From contig NC_068994.1 in NCBI RefSeq assembly GCF_001194135.2, positions 19,025,670 through 19,087,194 on the forward strand: a DNA stretch of 61,525 nucleotides, given 5' to 3'. This DNA comes from Octopus bimaculoides (Eukaryota). The position numbers and the translations under genes were made by a program. The notes beneath the pieces are model-generated. The model saw only the letters and a program-made list of their open reading frames with translations. It did no database searches and was not told where the DNA came from. Shown piece after piece: positions 1-13,490 of this stretch (positions within the stretch are counted from its first letter, which is position 1; every line of letters starts with the position of its first letter).

Positions 1-207
1 AGTTCCTCCTGCCAGCTTGCATTTCCTCCTCCTACCAGCTTGCATTTCCTCCTCCTGCCAGCTTGCATTTCCTCCTCCTGCCAGCTTGCATTTCCTCCTC
101 CACCACCAGCTTGCATTTCCTCCTCCTGCCAGCTTGCATTTCCTCCTCCTACCAGCTTGCATTTCCTCCTCCTACCAGCTTGCATTTCCTCCTCCTGCCA
201 GCTTGCA
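1..207. repeat. 23-bp minisatellite (cctcctcctgccagcttgcattt), about 9 copies, cut by the window edge
   Basis: The ccagcttgc core recurs every 23 nt (one unit is 25 nt). ORFs 17..256 and 40..333 are by-products. Confidence 0.92.
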
Positions 208-498
208 GCCCTCCTTTCAAGTGATATTCTCCTGTATTATTCTGTTTTTGCATTGACACTTTGCCCACAATTTCCTTTAATCAGATACACTCTTATAAAG
301 ATTATACTACTTTCTGCCGCTCCCAACCTTTAATACAAACATCACATATATACAACCTAGACAATTCCCTTTCATGAAGAATGCAAGGCTACTATGGAAC
401 TTGAAAAATTTTGTGATAGCAACTTGAATCTAGTTTTATTCAATGACAGCAAAACACTATTATCATGCATATAAAAAAAATCCCATTACAAAAGTTGT

Positions 499-726
499 TT
501 AACCCTTTAGCATTTAAACAGACCATATCTGGCCAAAATAATATATCTGTTTTATCTTCAAACTGGCCAGATCCAGCCTCTCACACCTACCTTACAATGT
601 TATTCTAAAAATAAGCAATCACATCATTGAAATCTTAAAGAGACAAGATAATGCAGGATTAATTCAAAACAATGTGGATAAGTAAGTATCGAATTTAACT
701 GAGTTGTCAGAATGCTGAAAGGTTAA
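499..726. mobile_element. piggyBac-type MITE, copy 1
   Basis: TTAA-CCCTTTAGCATT ... AATGCTGAAAGG-TTAA ends; body shared with four other copies. Confidence 0.75.
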
Positions 727-2579
727 AGAGCTACAGTTCCCAGAAATCATGGAATTATCTTGAATCAAATTCAATGTCCTCCCCCACCCACCCATTCATT
801 AAACAAAAGCAACAGGCTCCATGTTAATTTAAACTGACTCTGAAATAAATATGAATCAGTTAATCCTTTTTTCTCTCTGACCCACTTTAAATGTCTGCAA
901 TGCTACCCATTTTGACCAATGAATTTATAAAATAATTTAAGAAAGGCTACACCAAACAGAATTTTTTTTTTTTTTTTTCAGAGAAGAGTTGTGGCTCTCA
1001 AAGGTTTTGATTTTGTGTGGTGCACTGGCAGCACCTTCTCAATTACTTTTCCCCAGTGATTTTCAGGTTATAACATGATAATGCATTCCGTAGGCTTATA
1101 CCACTTGTTTGACTTCATGGCACAATGGAGTCTCCCAAAGCCTTATATCACTATTTGCACTTTTGAAAATACTGGAACCTAACAAATTTTTTATTGTTGT
1201 TATTGCTTGTGAATAATAACAATAACATTGCTAGCATTACTAATGGATTACTAGTGACACCTATTGAAAAGACAAATCTCTTCCTAATGTGACAAAGTTT
1301 CAATTAATGGCAGGTGTGAGTTAATTTCACTTGTATGTATCTAGCTAATTGAGCTTACATGAGAGCCTTTAGGTGACTGCTCAACCAGCTAGAAGTAATG
1401 ACCATATCTTCTTTATATCACACCTTATCATTCCCAAAATGAGTGGGCATGTTGTATTATGTATTCCTAGATGCACTATGCTTTGAAAAAAGAACAGCAT
1501 GTTTATGGCTGAAGTACATAAGGTTGCTCAATCAAGTGTTAAATAGCAACAAAAACTACAAATAACAATGTAAGTAACTGAAACTCTCAATGCAAAAAAG
1601 AAACTCGAACTACTATTTTCTCATACAGCCAGGCATAAAGTTTAAAAACAGTTATTTTTATTGTTGTTGCTAAGGCAATGAGCTGGTATAATTGTTAGCA
1701 TGCTGGACAAAATGCTTAGCGGCATTCTTATGTTTTGAGTTCAAATTCCACTGAGATCAACTTTGTCTTACATCCTTTCAGAGTCAATGGAATAAATAGT
1801 AGTCAAGTACTGGGGTTGATGTAAGGGATTAGCCCCCTCATCCAACATTTCAGGCTCTGTGCCTAGAGTAGAAAGGATTATTATTATTGTTGTTGTAGTG
1901 AATGTTCTAGAGTAGAAGTAAAGTCCATAATAAGCTGATACTTTTGAAGCTATTTTGATTTTCTGATCAAACTATATCATTTAATTTACCTTACATAGAA
2001 TATGTTAAGGGATATGTTTAAGAAAGGTGTTATGTCAGATCATTGTATAGAGTTACCTCTCTAAATACAAGGCAGTGTTATAATGTCAAAAAAGTATTGT
2101 TATATTAACAAATACCATCTATACAGTAGAGGTAGGCTCTGTTCTAGCAACGTTCAACATTTTGAACCGATAAGGAAGGTCTCTACATGGTTGCTCAACC
2201 TGTTAAAAATAACAGCCAAGTCTTCCATCACCATCTTAAGGAAGAGAAACAACTTAGATAATATAGTTCTAGAAAGTCCTCCCTCTAACTTCCCAAAAGT
2301 TGGGATGGTCATAGTTGGAATACCCCTGATCATGAGTCTGGTAAGTTAGGTTGATCTAGAACTAAACAATAATCTCTTTTGTGATATCTACACACAGCAA
2401 TTATCTTACTTATGTTGCTAATTTCAATGAAAATGGCAAGCACATGACAACTTCCATTCACATATTCCAATGCTTCTAATGCTTTGTGTTAAATGTTAGA
2501 ATTTTTCTGTCTGATGTTACAAGAGCTGACTGAAAAGTTAATAGGTTCATCAAGATACTCTCATGGAGTGTGACCAAAT

Positions 2580-2790
2580 GAGATTTATTTTTCAACATAG
2601 TTCTCCTTGCATTCCACACATGTCTTCCATTGTATCGTAGTACTTGGATCCCATTGGTGAAGAAGCATTCATCGTATTGCTCAAAAATATTATCAACTGC
2701 AGATATAATGTCATCATCATTGCAGAATTAACTGGTTTCACTTGTATAAAAGTGATAATGCATTCCAACTGATTTTTGCAAAAGCAACAG
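2580..2790 (-). mobile_element. mariner transposase 3' fragment
   Basis: Frameshifted 'DDDIISAVDNIFEQYDECFFTNGIQVL' resembles the mariner C-terminus. Confidence 0.6.
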
Positions 2791-2959
2791 CAACAACAAC
2801 AAACAAGCAACACAGACACTTTTATGCTTGAAAATAACAATTTCGAATGATACAGATTAATATACATAAAAACATTTGAAGAGAAATACGTTAAGGAATA
2901 AATATAAATCCTAATATTGTAATAAGGTATGTTCTTACCACAAAAAAAAAAAAAAACTA

Positions 2960-3230
2960 TTCTGACTATATGTCTGTGCACACATTTGAATGTGGTGTAT
3001 GCCAGAAGGCTTGCAAATCCAATGGTAATCTTAAAAGACATGTTAGGATCCACAATGAGCAGAACTTACCTGCAGGTGTTGATAGTACAAATCAGAGGTG
3101 CAATCTGTGTGGGTGTTTTTTTCAAAACATTGTCTGGTTTAAAAAGCCACCTCAGACGCCATGAAAGAGCTAAGGGGTAGGTACAGGAGGTGGTCAAACT
3201 CTGTGTAAGGAGTAGACAACCACCATCTTA
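2960..3230 (+). mobile_element. Fragment with two C2H2 zinc fingers, probably the 3' end of an RTE-clade LINE
   Basis: CGVCQKACKSNGNLKRHVRIH and CNLCG(F)FKTLSGLKSHLRRH (one frameshift), then stop and a short 3' UTR ending in accaccat. No splice sites join it to other exons. Confidence 0.55.
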
Positions 3231-3687
3231 TCACAAAAGATGTTGACTAGTGTGTGAGGGTTGAAGGTGAAATGAAAGTTACTGAGAGGATGAGGGACAC
3301 TATCTGCTATATGATAGTTAATCATCATCAACATCCACTTCAGGGTGAAGAGCTTTTCCAAAGTTGTTTGATGTTTATGGTACATTATTACTTTGTGGAG
3401 ATCAGTGTAGAAACTGAGATCATTGAAAACTCCACTTGTAATTTTTATGTTACAGCCATGATTAGAGTCGTTATCAACAAAAGCTTGCAGACCTTCCTCT
3501 ATAAGTGCCAATCTGTTAGCAATATTCTTTGCAGTCAGTTTAAGTGGAATTTCCGTATTCTTATCAGTATTCTCAGCTTGATCTAGTTTTAGCAGCATCA
3601 ACTTCTCATTAGATAAACTTCCTCTATGGGACACTAGCAACTCAACCACATCATCCCCTATGACTTCTTCAAACCCTATATCATTTA

Positions 3688-4944
3688 TTAGGTCGTCAAG
3701 TATGAAATTTATAGTAAGGTATATGGCAAGCTTTGACAGCCGCTCACTTTGCGCCATTTTAATATTTTGACAATCTTTATCTTTTGTTAGAAAACTGACA
3801 CATTTATTTCTTTATTCTAACTGACTTCATGCTTTATAAAGTATCTATAAATTGCTTTTTGTTATTTTTGTTTAGAAATGGGTAAGTTGGAATTTGTACA
3901 GTTTTGAAATATGAGTTCTTTCTTGGAAATGCAGCATCACAGACAACTTGGAATATTAATGGAGTATTTCATTTTAATGTTATTACACAGCAGGCAGTAT
4001 CAAATTGGTTTGAAAAATTTCGTTCTCGTAACTTTGACCTCATTAATGAGCAATGCAGTTGACCATGTGACAAAGGTGGATAATGACAAACTGAAAGCCA
4101 CTATCGTGCAAAGTGCCTGTGAATTATTGTTGCTCTTTGGTGTTAGCACGCAAATAATATTGACTCGCCTAGTTCAAATTGGTAAAGTGAAAAAGTTGGA
4201 TAAGTGGGTTCCACATGAAAATGAAAATCAGAAACAGCAACATTTGGAAGCCTGTATTATGCTACTTTCTCATCACAAAAATGAATCATTTTTTAACTGA
4301 ATTGTAACATGTGATGAGAAATAGATCAAATACAACAACTGTAAACGTTCAGCACAATGGTTGGACAAAGACGAGCCACCAAAACAAAGTCTAAAAAGTA
4401 AAATTCATCAAAAGAAGCTGATGGTGTGTGTTTAGTGGTCTGGTGCAGGTGTGATCTATTATGATTTGATTAAACCTGATTCATCAATCCTGGCTGAAGT
4501 ACACTGCAGCTAACTGGACCAAATGATGCAGAAACTTACACAAAAAAAAACAGCCTAGATTAGTCAACAGATCCACTCCTATTTTATTGCAAGACAACAC
4601 CAGACCACACATCACAAAAATGACACTGGCGAACCTAAAGGAGTTGGAGTTGGAAGTTCTTCATCATCCACCATGCACACCTGATTTTGCCCCCACTGAC
4701 TACCACTTCTTCCAGAATTTGGATAACTTTTTGATAGGAAAATAATTTAATTCCAACGATGCTGTAAAACAGGACTCTAGATTGCAAAGCTCTTACAGTT
4801 CTGGGCTGGACAAGCTACCGCTGAAATGGCAAGAGTGTATTGACAATACGGCTGCATACTTTCTGAATAAAACTATTCCTTGTATTTATAAAACATTAGC
4901 AAACTTTTTTGTCTTTTCTACAAATTTCATACTTGACGACTAAA
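3688..4944 (+). mobile_element. Full-length degenerate mariner (DD34D), ~1.26 kb
   Basis: TIRs TTAGGTCGTCAAGTATGAAATTT and its near-complement, TA on both sides. Motifs KLDKWVPH, IVTCDEK, LLQDNTRPH, HPPCTPDFAPTDYHFF with stops and frameshifts. Confidence 0.92.
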
Positions 4945-5289
4945 TACAAGCGCCACAATCTCTTTCCGAATTTGGTGTAGACTTTCTGCTTGTAAAAAAC
5001 TTGTGAAGTCACAGAAACAATCTGGTCATATATTTTCTAAGTACCATTCAAAGCTGAAGGCTCCACTTCATCCCATGACTTAACTACATCATCTACAGCA
5101 TCTATTAAGTTTCTATCTGCAGGTGTATCTTCCCTGTCAATTGCTATCAGAAGTTGTTTGAAATTTTCAGATAATGTACCTTGAAGTTAACTATCAAACC
5201 ATGATCCATGAGCCAGGGAGAAGAGTTCATAGTCTTGGGGATATACTCTGCTCTAACATTATCAGAAACTTAAATAAAGTTCACTGGGT

Positions 5290-5690
5290 GCTTTGATGTG
5301 TTCTCTAAAAGAAGCAATTCCACTAAGGTCAACTTTACCTTTCATTCTTTTGAGGTCAATAAAATAAGTACCAGTTGAGCACTGGGACTGGGGTTGAATT
5401 AATAAACTTACCCCCTCCCCTGAACGTGCTGGCCTTGTGCCAAAATTTGAAAACAATATTATATCTAACACTAAGGCAGTGAGCTGACAGAAACATTAGC
5501 ATGCTGGGGAAAATGCTTAGCACCGTTTTGTCCATCTTTACATCCTGAGTTGAAATTCTGCTGAGGTTGACTTTGCCTTTCATCCTTTTGGGGCTCGATA
5601 AAATAAGTACCAGTCAAGCATTGGGGTTGATGTAATTGACTTACCCACTTCCCTGAATTTGCTGCTCTCGTGTCAATATTTGAAGCTAAT
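5290..5690. mobile_element. Two oppositely oriented tRNA-derived SINEs (family B) inside the Tigger
   Basis: Shared 'aaggcagtgagctg...gagttgaaattc...gttgactttgcctttcatccttttgggg...aataagtaccag' body; the central part resembles a Nin/Deu-type SINE domain. Confidence 0.75.
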
Positions 5691-7454
5691 CTGGCACTGT
5701 ACCTTTCTACAGCAAGACAAAAAGTGTTTTTAAGCTACTCTCCAAGAATGCACTTGGTCACCCATACCTTCTTATTTGAATTCCACATCAGAGGGAAATT
5801 AATCTTTGCATAACCCTTGAAAGCCTATTGATTTTCAGAGTAATACATGAGTAGAGGTTTTAATTTCATATCACCAGTGGTATTTCCACTCACAAGAAGC
5901 CTCAGACAATTTTCAGAAACTTTGAATCCTCGAGTGCTCATTTTCCTTCTTGAGAAATAGATATTTTAGTAGAAGTTTCCTCAATAGTATATACTTGCTC
6001 TGATGCGTAACCCCCTTTAAGAATTAATTTTTTCCAGTGGTTGACCATAACTAGTGGCAGTTTCTGAATCAGCTTCAACGGTCATTTTTATGTCGGACTA
6101 ATACAAATGCATAAACTTTTCAAACCAGATTTTACAAGCCAAAAAAACGCTTCTCATTAAAAGTTTCACCTTTCTTTTTCTATAAATCATCGTACAAATT
6201 TTTGGCTTTTTAAATTACCAATTGCTTATCAGCACATTTTGTTAAGCCTGATCCTTAATCCATAAACTTAAAAGTAGTCCCATTTTGAACATCATATTAG
6301 ATCTATGAAAAAATAAGGTCCAAAGAGTTAACAGAGTACTTCTTGAGCACTTAAGTCCATTTCTATTGCCCTGTAGTGTTCCATGATAAATGTTGCAGGC
6401 TTTAATTTTTTTGGCAATGGGACTGGTTTTTTTCTTTTCCTTCATCAAATTTTTTTAAAACATGAAGTTTAATATTCAGTGTAATCCCTTTACAGTTCCT
6501 TTTCACACTACTACCTTCAGGTCCACTTGATGACTTCTTTCTGAACATCTTGAATCATAGGTATATCTAATAGCAGTGGTGGTCAACAGTTATCCACAAC
6601 AAATGTGTAGTAAAAGAAGTAGCAGAAGGAAAGAACTGTTTTGTGAGAGCTAAAAACCATTATCTTATTTCTATGTTTGTAAGAATGGGAGTGAGAAGAT
6701 GAAAAGGTGGTGAAATGAGATATGAAGGGGTACTGTATAATTACAATTAGTTAAAGGGGTACCTTGCCCTGAGTATGACATTAAACTGCATTAGGTGGTG
6801 AGGCTCTATTTCAGGAGTTCTGGGGTTGTGGTGAGTGTGGGGTCGCCCCTTAATTACCATTACTTGCAAGTCCATTCTGACCCAGAATGGTATTACCTGT
6901 TAGGGCCCCATCTATAGGTCAAATAGATTTTTGTATAGGTAGATTGAGCTCCTAGCTGCAGTGAAAGCAATCACTTGAAGAAAAGGTAAACTTCAAAATT
7001 AATGCCCTCTTCCAACATACCCTAAGCTAGCACAGAAAAATTTGGCTGATAAAACTAACATGAGGTACGCTCAATAACATAGATTTAGATGAGAGAAGGC
7101 CACTTCTGAGCCCTCGACAGGCAACCAGTAGGGCACATCAACAGCCCTGAACTGGCATATCTTGAATGCTCTTGCCAAAGACCAAGTGCTATGGAGGCAA
7201 CTGTCTCATGTTGATGCACATTCTGCTGCAGGCAGAGATAACAGAAAATAATGTTGATGAGAGATACCAGGTCCTTGGGTACTTTGGTTCTGGTACCACT
7301 GACTTAAGCCATATAAACATTGCTATCATATTGATATCATTGTTGTTGTTGCCCAGAGGTTATTCAAATGCTGGTGTGTTTGATAGTAGTGGTGATGATG
7401 GTGGAGATATTGTTGTTGGAGGTCACATTGTTCTTGTTAATTGTATTCTCTTTT

Positions 7455-7845
7455 ACTCTTTTACTCTTCTACTTGTTTCAGTCATTTGACTGTGGCCATG
7501 CTAGAGCACTGCCTTTAGTCGAGCAAATTGATCCCAGGACTTATTCTATCAGTCTCTTTTGCCGAACCGCTAAGTTACGGGGACGTAAACACACCAGCAT
7601 CAGTTGTCAAGTGATGTTGGGGCACAAACACAGACACACAAACACAAACATATACATACTTATATATATACATATATACGACGGGCTTCTTTCAGTTTCC
7701 GTCTACCAAATCCACTCACAAGGCTTTGGTCGGCCCGAGGCTATAGTAGATGACACTTGCCCAAGGTGCCACGCAGTGGGACTGAACCCAGAACCATGTG
7801 GTTTGTAAGCAGGCTACTTACCACACAGCCACTCCTACGCCTGTA
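7455..7845 (-). mobile_element. tRNA-derived CORE-like SINE (family A) with an internal (TA/CA)n tract
   Basis: Head ggagtggctgtgtggtaag...ggttcagtccc (A/B-box-like), 'ccttgggcaagt' CORE-like motif, tail 'gtcaaatgactgaaacaagt'. Confidence 0.85.
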
Positions 7846-8404
7846 TTGTTGATGTTTAGTTTCAAGTCAGTTTTCATTGTACTAAGATATTTCATTCAAC
7901 ATTTTTAAATGTTGCTCTATGGTAACAACATCAGCTCATGTTATTATTCTTGTTATTTTAGGTGGAGTTGCTTATCTTGTTCACACTGTTACTATTCTGA
8001 TGCTGCTGTTTTAGGTCATTAAGGAGATGGTGGGTTGGTAACGGTGGTGGTGGTTGTACTGGTTTTGGTATTGATGGTAGTTGTGTTAGAGTTGATGATG
8101 GTGGTTAGTGGTGGTTGTGAAGGCTGATTTATACACACACATACACGTGCATGCACATGCAAACACACACACGCACACACAGATAAATAGATAGATAAAC
8201 AGACAGAGAGACAGACAGATACTTATTGTGATACTGCAAAATATATACAAATCCATACACAAATATTCACAATGAAAAATTCCATCACCTCATACTCTGT
8301 AAAGACAAACACTTGCTTCCACAAACACACACATACATGTATGTAATGTGATTTACTCTCATTTTCATATACATAAATATGTGTGTGTTTGCATATAAAT
8401 ATAT

Positions 8405-8534
8405 CAGGGTGTCCACAAAGTCTGGGTACATGGGGATTAACACATACTTTAAGAAATAATCATTTCTTATATTTAATTGTTTATGCTATGATTTTATTTA
8501 CTCCTCCATGTACCCAGACCTTGTGGACACCCTG
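8405..8534. mobile_element. Tc1/mariner-type MITE
   Basis: ~29-bp TIRs CAGGGTGTCCACAAAGTCTGGGTACATGG / CCATGTACCCAGACCTTGTGGACACCCTG with TA-rich flanks. Confidence 0.8.
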
Positions 8535-8579
8535 TATATATATATCATCATTGTCATCATCATCATCATCATCATTGTC

Positions 8580-11088
8580 ATCGTCATCATTTAGTATCCG
8601 ATCTCTATGCTGGCATGGGTTAGATAGTTTGATTGGAGCTGCACCAGGTTCCAGTCTGATTTGGTATGGTTTCTACAGCTGGATGTGCCCTTCCTAATGC
8701 CAACCACTCCAGGAGTGTAATGGGTGCTTTTACATGCCACCAGCATGGGTGCCATTTAGATGACACCAGCAATTACCACAACTATGATTCATGACTGGGT
8801 GCCACTTATATGACACCAGCAATGACCATGACCACAATGCATGGGTGCCATATACATGGTACCAGCAATGACCACAACTATGATTCATGGGTGCTATTTG
8901 CATGGCACTGGCAACAACTCATGGGTGCCATTTATATGGCACTACCAATGACCATGATTCTCGGGTGCCAATTTACATGGCACCATCGATGACCACGATT
9001 ATGATGTCACAGGTGTCAATTACATGGCACCAGCACTGACCATGACAATTCACAAGTGTCATTTACATGATACTGTCAACGACCATGACTACATGACTAC
9101 GATGCATGGGTGCCACTTACCACATGACACCAGCACAGCCGCATCTACGATTTCTCTTGGCCTGATGAGTCTTCTCACACACAGCATATTGCCAGAGCTC
9201 TCGGTCACTTGTCATCACCTCTGTGAGGCCCAACGTTCAAAGATCATGCTTCACCACCTCACCCCATGTCTTCCTGGGTCTATCTTTTCCACAGGTTCCC
9301 TCCACAGTTAGAGATTGACACTTCTTTACACAGGTGTCCTTGTACACACACATCACATGACCACACCAGCACATTTGTATCTCTTGCACACTACATCTGA
9401 TGCCTCTTATGCCCAGCTTTTCTCTCAAGAGGCTTACATTCTGTTGTACATGCACACTGACATTACACATCCAGCGAAGCAATACTGGCTTCATTTCTTT
9501 CAAGCCTATACATGTCCCCGGTGGTCACAGCCTATGTTTCACTGCCATGTAGTATAGCTGTTCAGACACATACATCATACAGTCTGCTTTCACTCTGAGG
9601 GAAAGGCCCTTTGTTACCAACTGAATTTTGCCCATCCTATTCTTATTTCCGCAGCTACACTCCCCGAGCAGCATCCACTCCTACTACTGACTTGGTCACC
9701 AAGATAATAGAAGCTATCAACTACCTCTAGCTTACCTGCCTGGCATTTGATGGAGTCTATTTTCTCTACATATTGTACCTATGCATTTTCTTTACATGTA
9801 AATTATATTTTTCCCTGTTAATCTTCCTCTGATATTGCTACACCTCTTATGTGTCCATAGCTTACATCTTATAGAGTTTCTTCCTGTGCTTTTCTACAGA
9901 TTGAGTAAGGCCATCTACCTCAGGGGATTTGTGATATGTCTGCTTTCCTACTAACTAACACTTTGGTTTTTGCTAGACTAACTCTAAAGCCCTTTGATTC
10001 TCGACCTTGCTTCCACACCTAAAATTTCTTCTCTAGTTCTTGAAGTGATTCGCTATGAGATCAAAGTTATCAGCATTGAGGGGCTCCCAGAGCAGCTTGT
10101 CTTAAATTCTTCTGTTATTGCCTGGAGGACTATGATGAACAGGAGAGGGCAGAGGACTTCAGGGTAGATGTAGGGGTTCACCAAGGATCCCCCTACTTCT
10201 ACCCTGAATTCATCACTATGTTTGTCGCTAATCTCCACCTTACTGATGGCATCTCTGTACATGGCTTATGTCACTTTCACCAACTACTCATCTATCTCTA
10301 GTTTTTGCTTTGACCATCAGGGATTGAAAGACCCTATCAAAGGCTTTCTCCATGTCAACAAAAGTCAAGTACAAAGGTTTATCTTTGGCTAGGTACCTCT
10401 TCTTCACCACTGATGCTATATTTCTTACCAGAAATATAGCATCAGTGGTGCTTCTCCCTGGCACAAAATCAAACTGCATCTCATCCTAATTAGTTGGGCT
10501 ATGACCCTCTCTGTAACTTTCATCACCTGATCTAACAGTTTGATACATCTGTAATTATTTCTGTCCAGGGCATCACCTTTACATTTGTAGCTGTTGACTC
10601 TGATGCTGCTACACCAGTCATTGGGTATGACTCCCTCATGTACAACCTGATTTACTATATGGGTAACAAGTCCATACCCAACACCACCAGATTTTTTAAG
10701 CATCTCAGCAGTGATTCCTGATGGGCCAGGGGCTTTCCTGGTCTTCATGGCTTTATCTACCGATTGCCGGTCCTTCTGTTGAATTCACTTTAGGCAGACT
10801 CTCCTTCTCCCATGCATTCTCTACATTTAAGTAGCCTTTCATAGTGACACTTCCAAGCCTCTTTCTTTACAAAGTTACTAACTGTAAGTGAACCAACATC
10901 CATGCAGACACACTCCTCTCCCACAACATCACAATTTTCCCTGGCACACTGTCTTGCAAGCTGAAACACTTCACGCCTCTGGTCCTCATGTTGTAAGACA
11001 CTGGCAACCTTCTCCCTTTCTGCTTCATTCCTAGCTAAATATACCTGCTTCCAAGTTTCCCTTCTAGCTGCCTGATATAACTCCTTAT

Positions 11089-11090
<2 letters not shown>
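8580..11090 (-). mobile_element. 5'-truncated degenerate RTE-clade LINE with minisatellite-bearing 3' UTR and (GAT)n tail
   Basis: KAPGPSGITAEMLK, QFDFVPGRSTTDAIFLVR, FVDMEKAFDRV and an 'RPRKTW' C-terminal motif. 3' UTR repeats at ~8740-9130. Confidence 0.9.
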
Positions 11091-11145
<55 letters not shown>

Positions 11146-11461
11146 ATAATACAAATGATATGTGAGTATATGCATATATACGTACATGTATGTACATACC
11201 TTCATCTACATGTATATATAGATACATATCTGGGTACAGGACATCACAAAAAAACGTGGACAAAATGAAAAACAGAACATAAACAGAGCACAAAAACACA
11301 CAGGCCACATAGGGAACATTTCCTTCATCAGCTGCCACCATTCTAAAACTAAGCGTNNNNNNNNNNNNNNNNNNNNNNNNNNNNNNNNNNNNNNNNNNNN
11401 NNNNNNNNNNNNNNNNNNNNNNNNNNNNNNNNNNNNNNNNNNNNNNNNNNNNNNNNNNNNN

Positions 11462-11502
<41 letters not shown>

Positions 11503-13129
11503 GGAAAGTAATATTTTTAGTCAGTGCCGTCATGATAGAAAAGTTGTTTTGGAAATGTAGTCTTTCTATTTGCCAACTGACACATTATGGACACAACTGG
11601 AATCATTCAAAGGCAGATAGTTTTGGCATTTTTTAAAGCCTAGTACTTATTCAATTGGTCTCTCCTGCTGAACTGCTAATTTATGGAGACATAAACACAC
11701 CAACACTGGTTGTCAAGCAGTGGTGGGGGCCAAACACAGACACAAAGACACACACACACACACACACACATGCATATACACACAACAGGCTTCTCTCAGT
11801 TTCCATCTGCTAAATGCACTTGCCTAAGGCTTTGATCAGCTTGAGGTTGTAGTAGAAGACACTTGTCCAAAGTGCCATGCAGTGGGACTAAACCCAGAAC
11901 CATGTGGTTGAGAAGAAAGCCTCTTACCACATAGCCATACCTTAATAGATGGCTACTTCAATTTTGTATACCAGATTATGTAACATCCCATCGACCTATA
12001 TTTTATTTAAGCATTAAGTTGTCTATGACTATACATTATTCAATATATCTTTCCATTTTATTTTAATTATTCACTGGGTCTCATCCTAGATTAGTAAGAT
12101 TGATACCAAAGGTATTCTTCTTGAACCTTTGTTAATCACCAACTGTAGGAAAAGTAAGAGCAGGAAGGTGGAGAGGGAATTTAAGAGGTGACATAATAGG
12201 AAAAAAGAACTGAGCATAATGATTAGAGTAGATTTAGCTGCTATTTTTAGCATAGAGATTGAGAACCTGTGTAGAGACTTCCACGGTAGTGGCTGCTACA
12301 TTGCTATTGACTTACGAAATATCTTATCATTCTGTAATCAGATTTCTTCACTCATGAATTCAGTGTATTGTTGCTATGTTATTGTGTGTTAAGATTGCTG
12401 TTATAAGATGTTGAAATTACTAGTGATGAAGTTCTCTTAGCTGGGTTCTTTTCAGTATTTACCAACATAAAATAATGTTACTTCATTTGTCTGCACTGTC
12501 TGACTTTCAGTTTTCTAAATTTAGTTAAGTTAGTCTCCCCACAACTACACATATTTACAAATCAGACGACAGTTTTCTATATTAACAAGGATGGAACGGA
12601 TTATAGAAATTCTTTTGGTTCAAGCACAAAGCAAAATATTTATATAGACTATTGATTTATCCTACTTCATGACTGAATGAGTGAGTAAACAATTCAAAAT
12701 GTTTTACCTTTTTTCCAACACTGCTCAACACCTTTTCTGCAACACTCTTACCAGAGCATTTAACTTGGTGACCCAGTTCTCTAAGTAAACAGCTAGGAAC
12801 AGCACACAGTGATGGAAAACAGAAGTATTGTAAACATTTTCAATTATCATTCGTTCTTAATATTGAGTTTGACAACTATGAAATTTTACCATGAAAGATA
12901 CCTATCAAATAAGGCTTTGCTTTCAACTTCGTTACTATCACTCTGATGTGGGCAGGAAAATAAATGACTGGATTATTTAATTACTGAGAAATAAAAACAA
13001 ACTCAAGTTTCCACAAATATGAATTTGCAGTTGAGATTATTATGACTGCATACTGTAATGTTTAAGCTATGTGAGTCATCATTACAGCTCTTGGAAACCA
13101 CTAAGTTATGCGAGGATATATATATCATC

Positions 13130-13490
13130 ATCATCATCGTTTAACGTCTGCTTTCCATGCTAGCATAGGTTGGACGATTTGACTGAGGATTGGCAAACCA
13201 GATGGCTGCACCAGGCTTCAATCTGATCTGGCAGAGTTTCTACAGCTGGATGCCCTTCCTAACGCCAACCACTCAGAGTGGGTGCTTTTACGTGCCACCA
13301 GCACAAGGGCCAGTCAGGCGCTACTGGCAACAGCCATGCTCAAAATGGTGTATTTACGTGCCACCTGCACAGGAGCCAGTCCAGCGGCACTGGTAACGAC
13401 CTCGCTCGAATGTTTTTTCATGTGCCACTGGCACAAGTGCCAGTAATTCGACGCTGGTAACGATCATGCTCAAATGGTGTTATTTACGTG
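13130..13490 (-). mobile_element. RTE 3'-end fragment (terminal module plus minisatellite)
   Basis: Same terminal module 'ggttggcgttaggaagggcatccagctgtagaaac...ggacgttaaacgatgatgatg' as the LINE copies at 8580 and 42600. Confidence 0.8.

Larger units (their letters stand above)
3330..6735 (-). mobile_element. Degenerate Tigger/pogo DNA transposon, interrupted by a mariner and SINEs
   Basis: CENP-B-like start 'KRNCKGITLNIKLHVLKKFD' near 6500, 'LLSLWIKDQ', pogo-DDE remnants 'MKLKPLL...WNSNKKVWVT', C-terminus 'IGFEEV...HQTTLEKLF', and a TA-CAGTACCCC terminus at 6735. The other terminus was not found. Confidence 0.8.

Noticed and set aside
3194-3757. 187-aa ORF as a host gene
   Set aside because: Chimera of a mariner terminus and a Tigger C-terminus, as shown by the TA excision.
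12300-12480. Minus-strand GTAAGT donor with an upstream open stretch
   Set aside because: Stops occur in all frames, and 'GNFNI' suggests a decayed APE endonuclease of a LINE.
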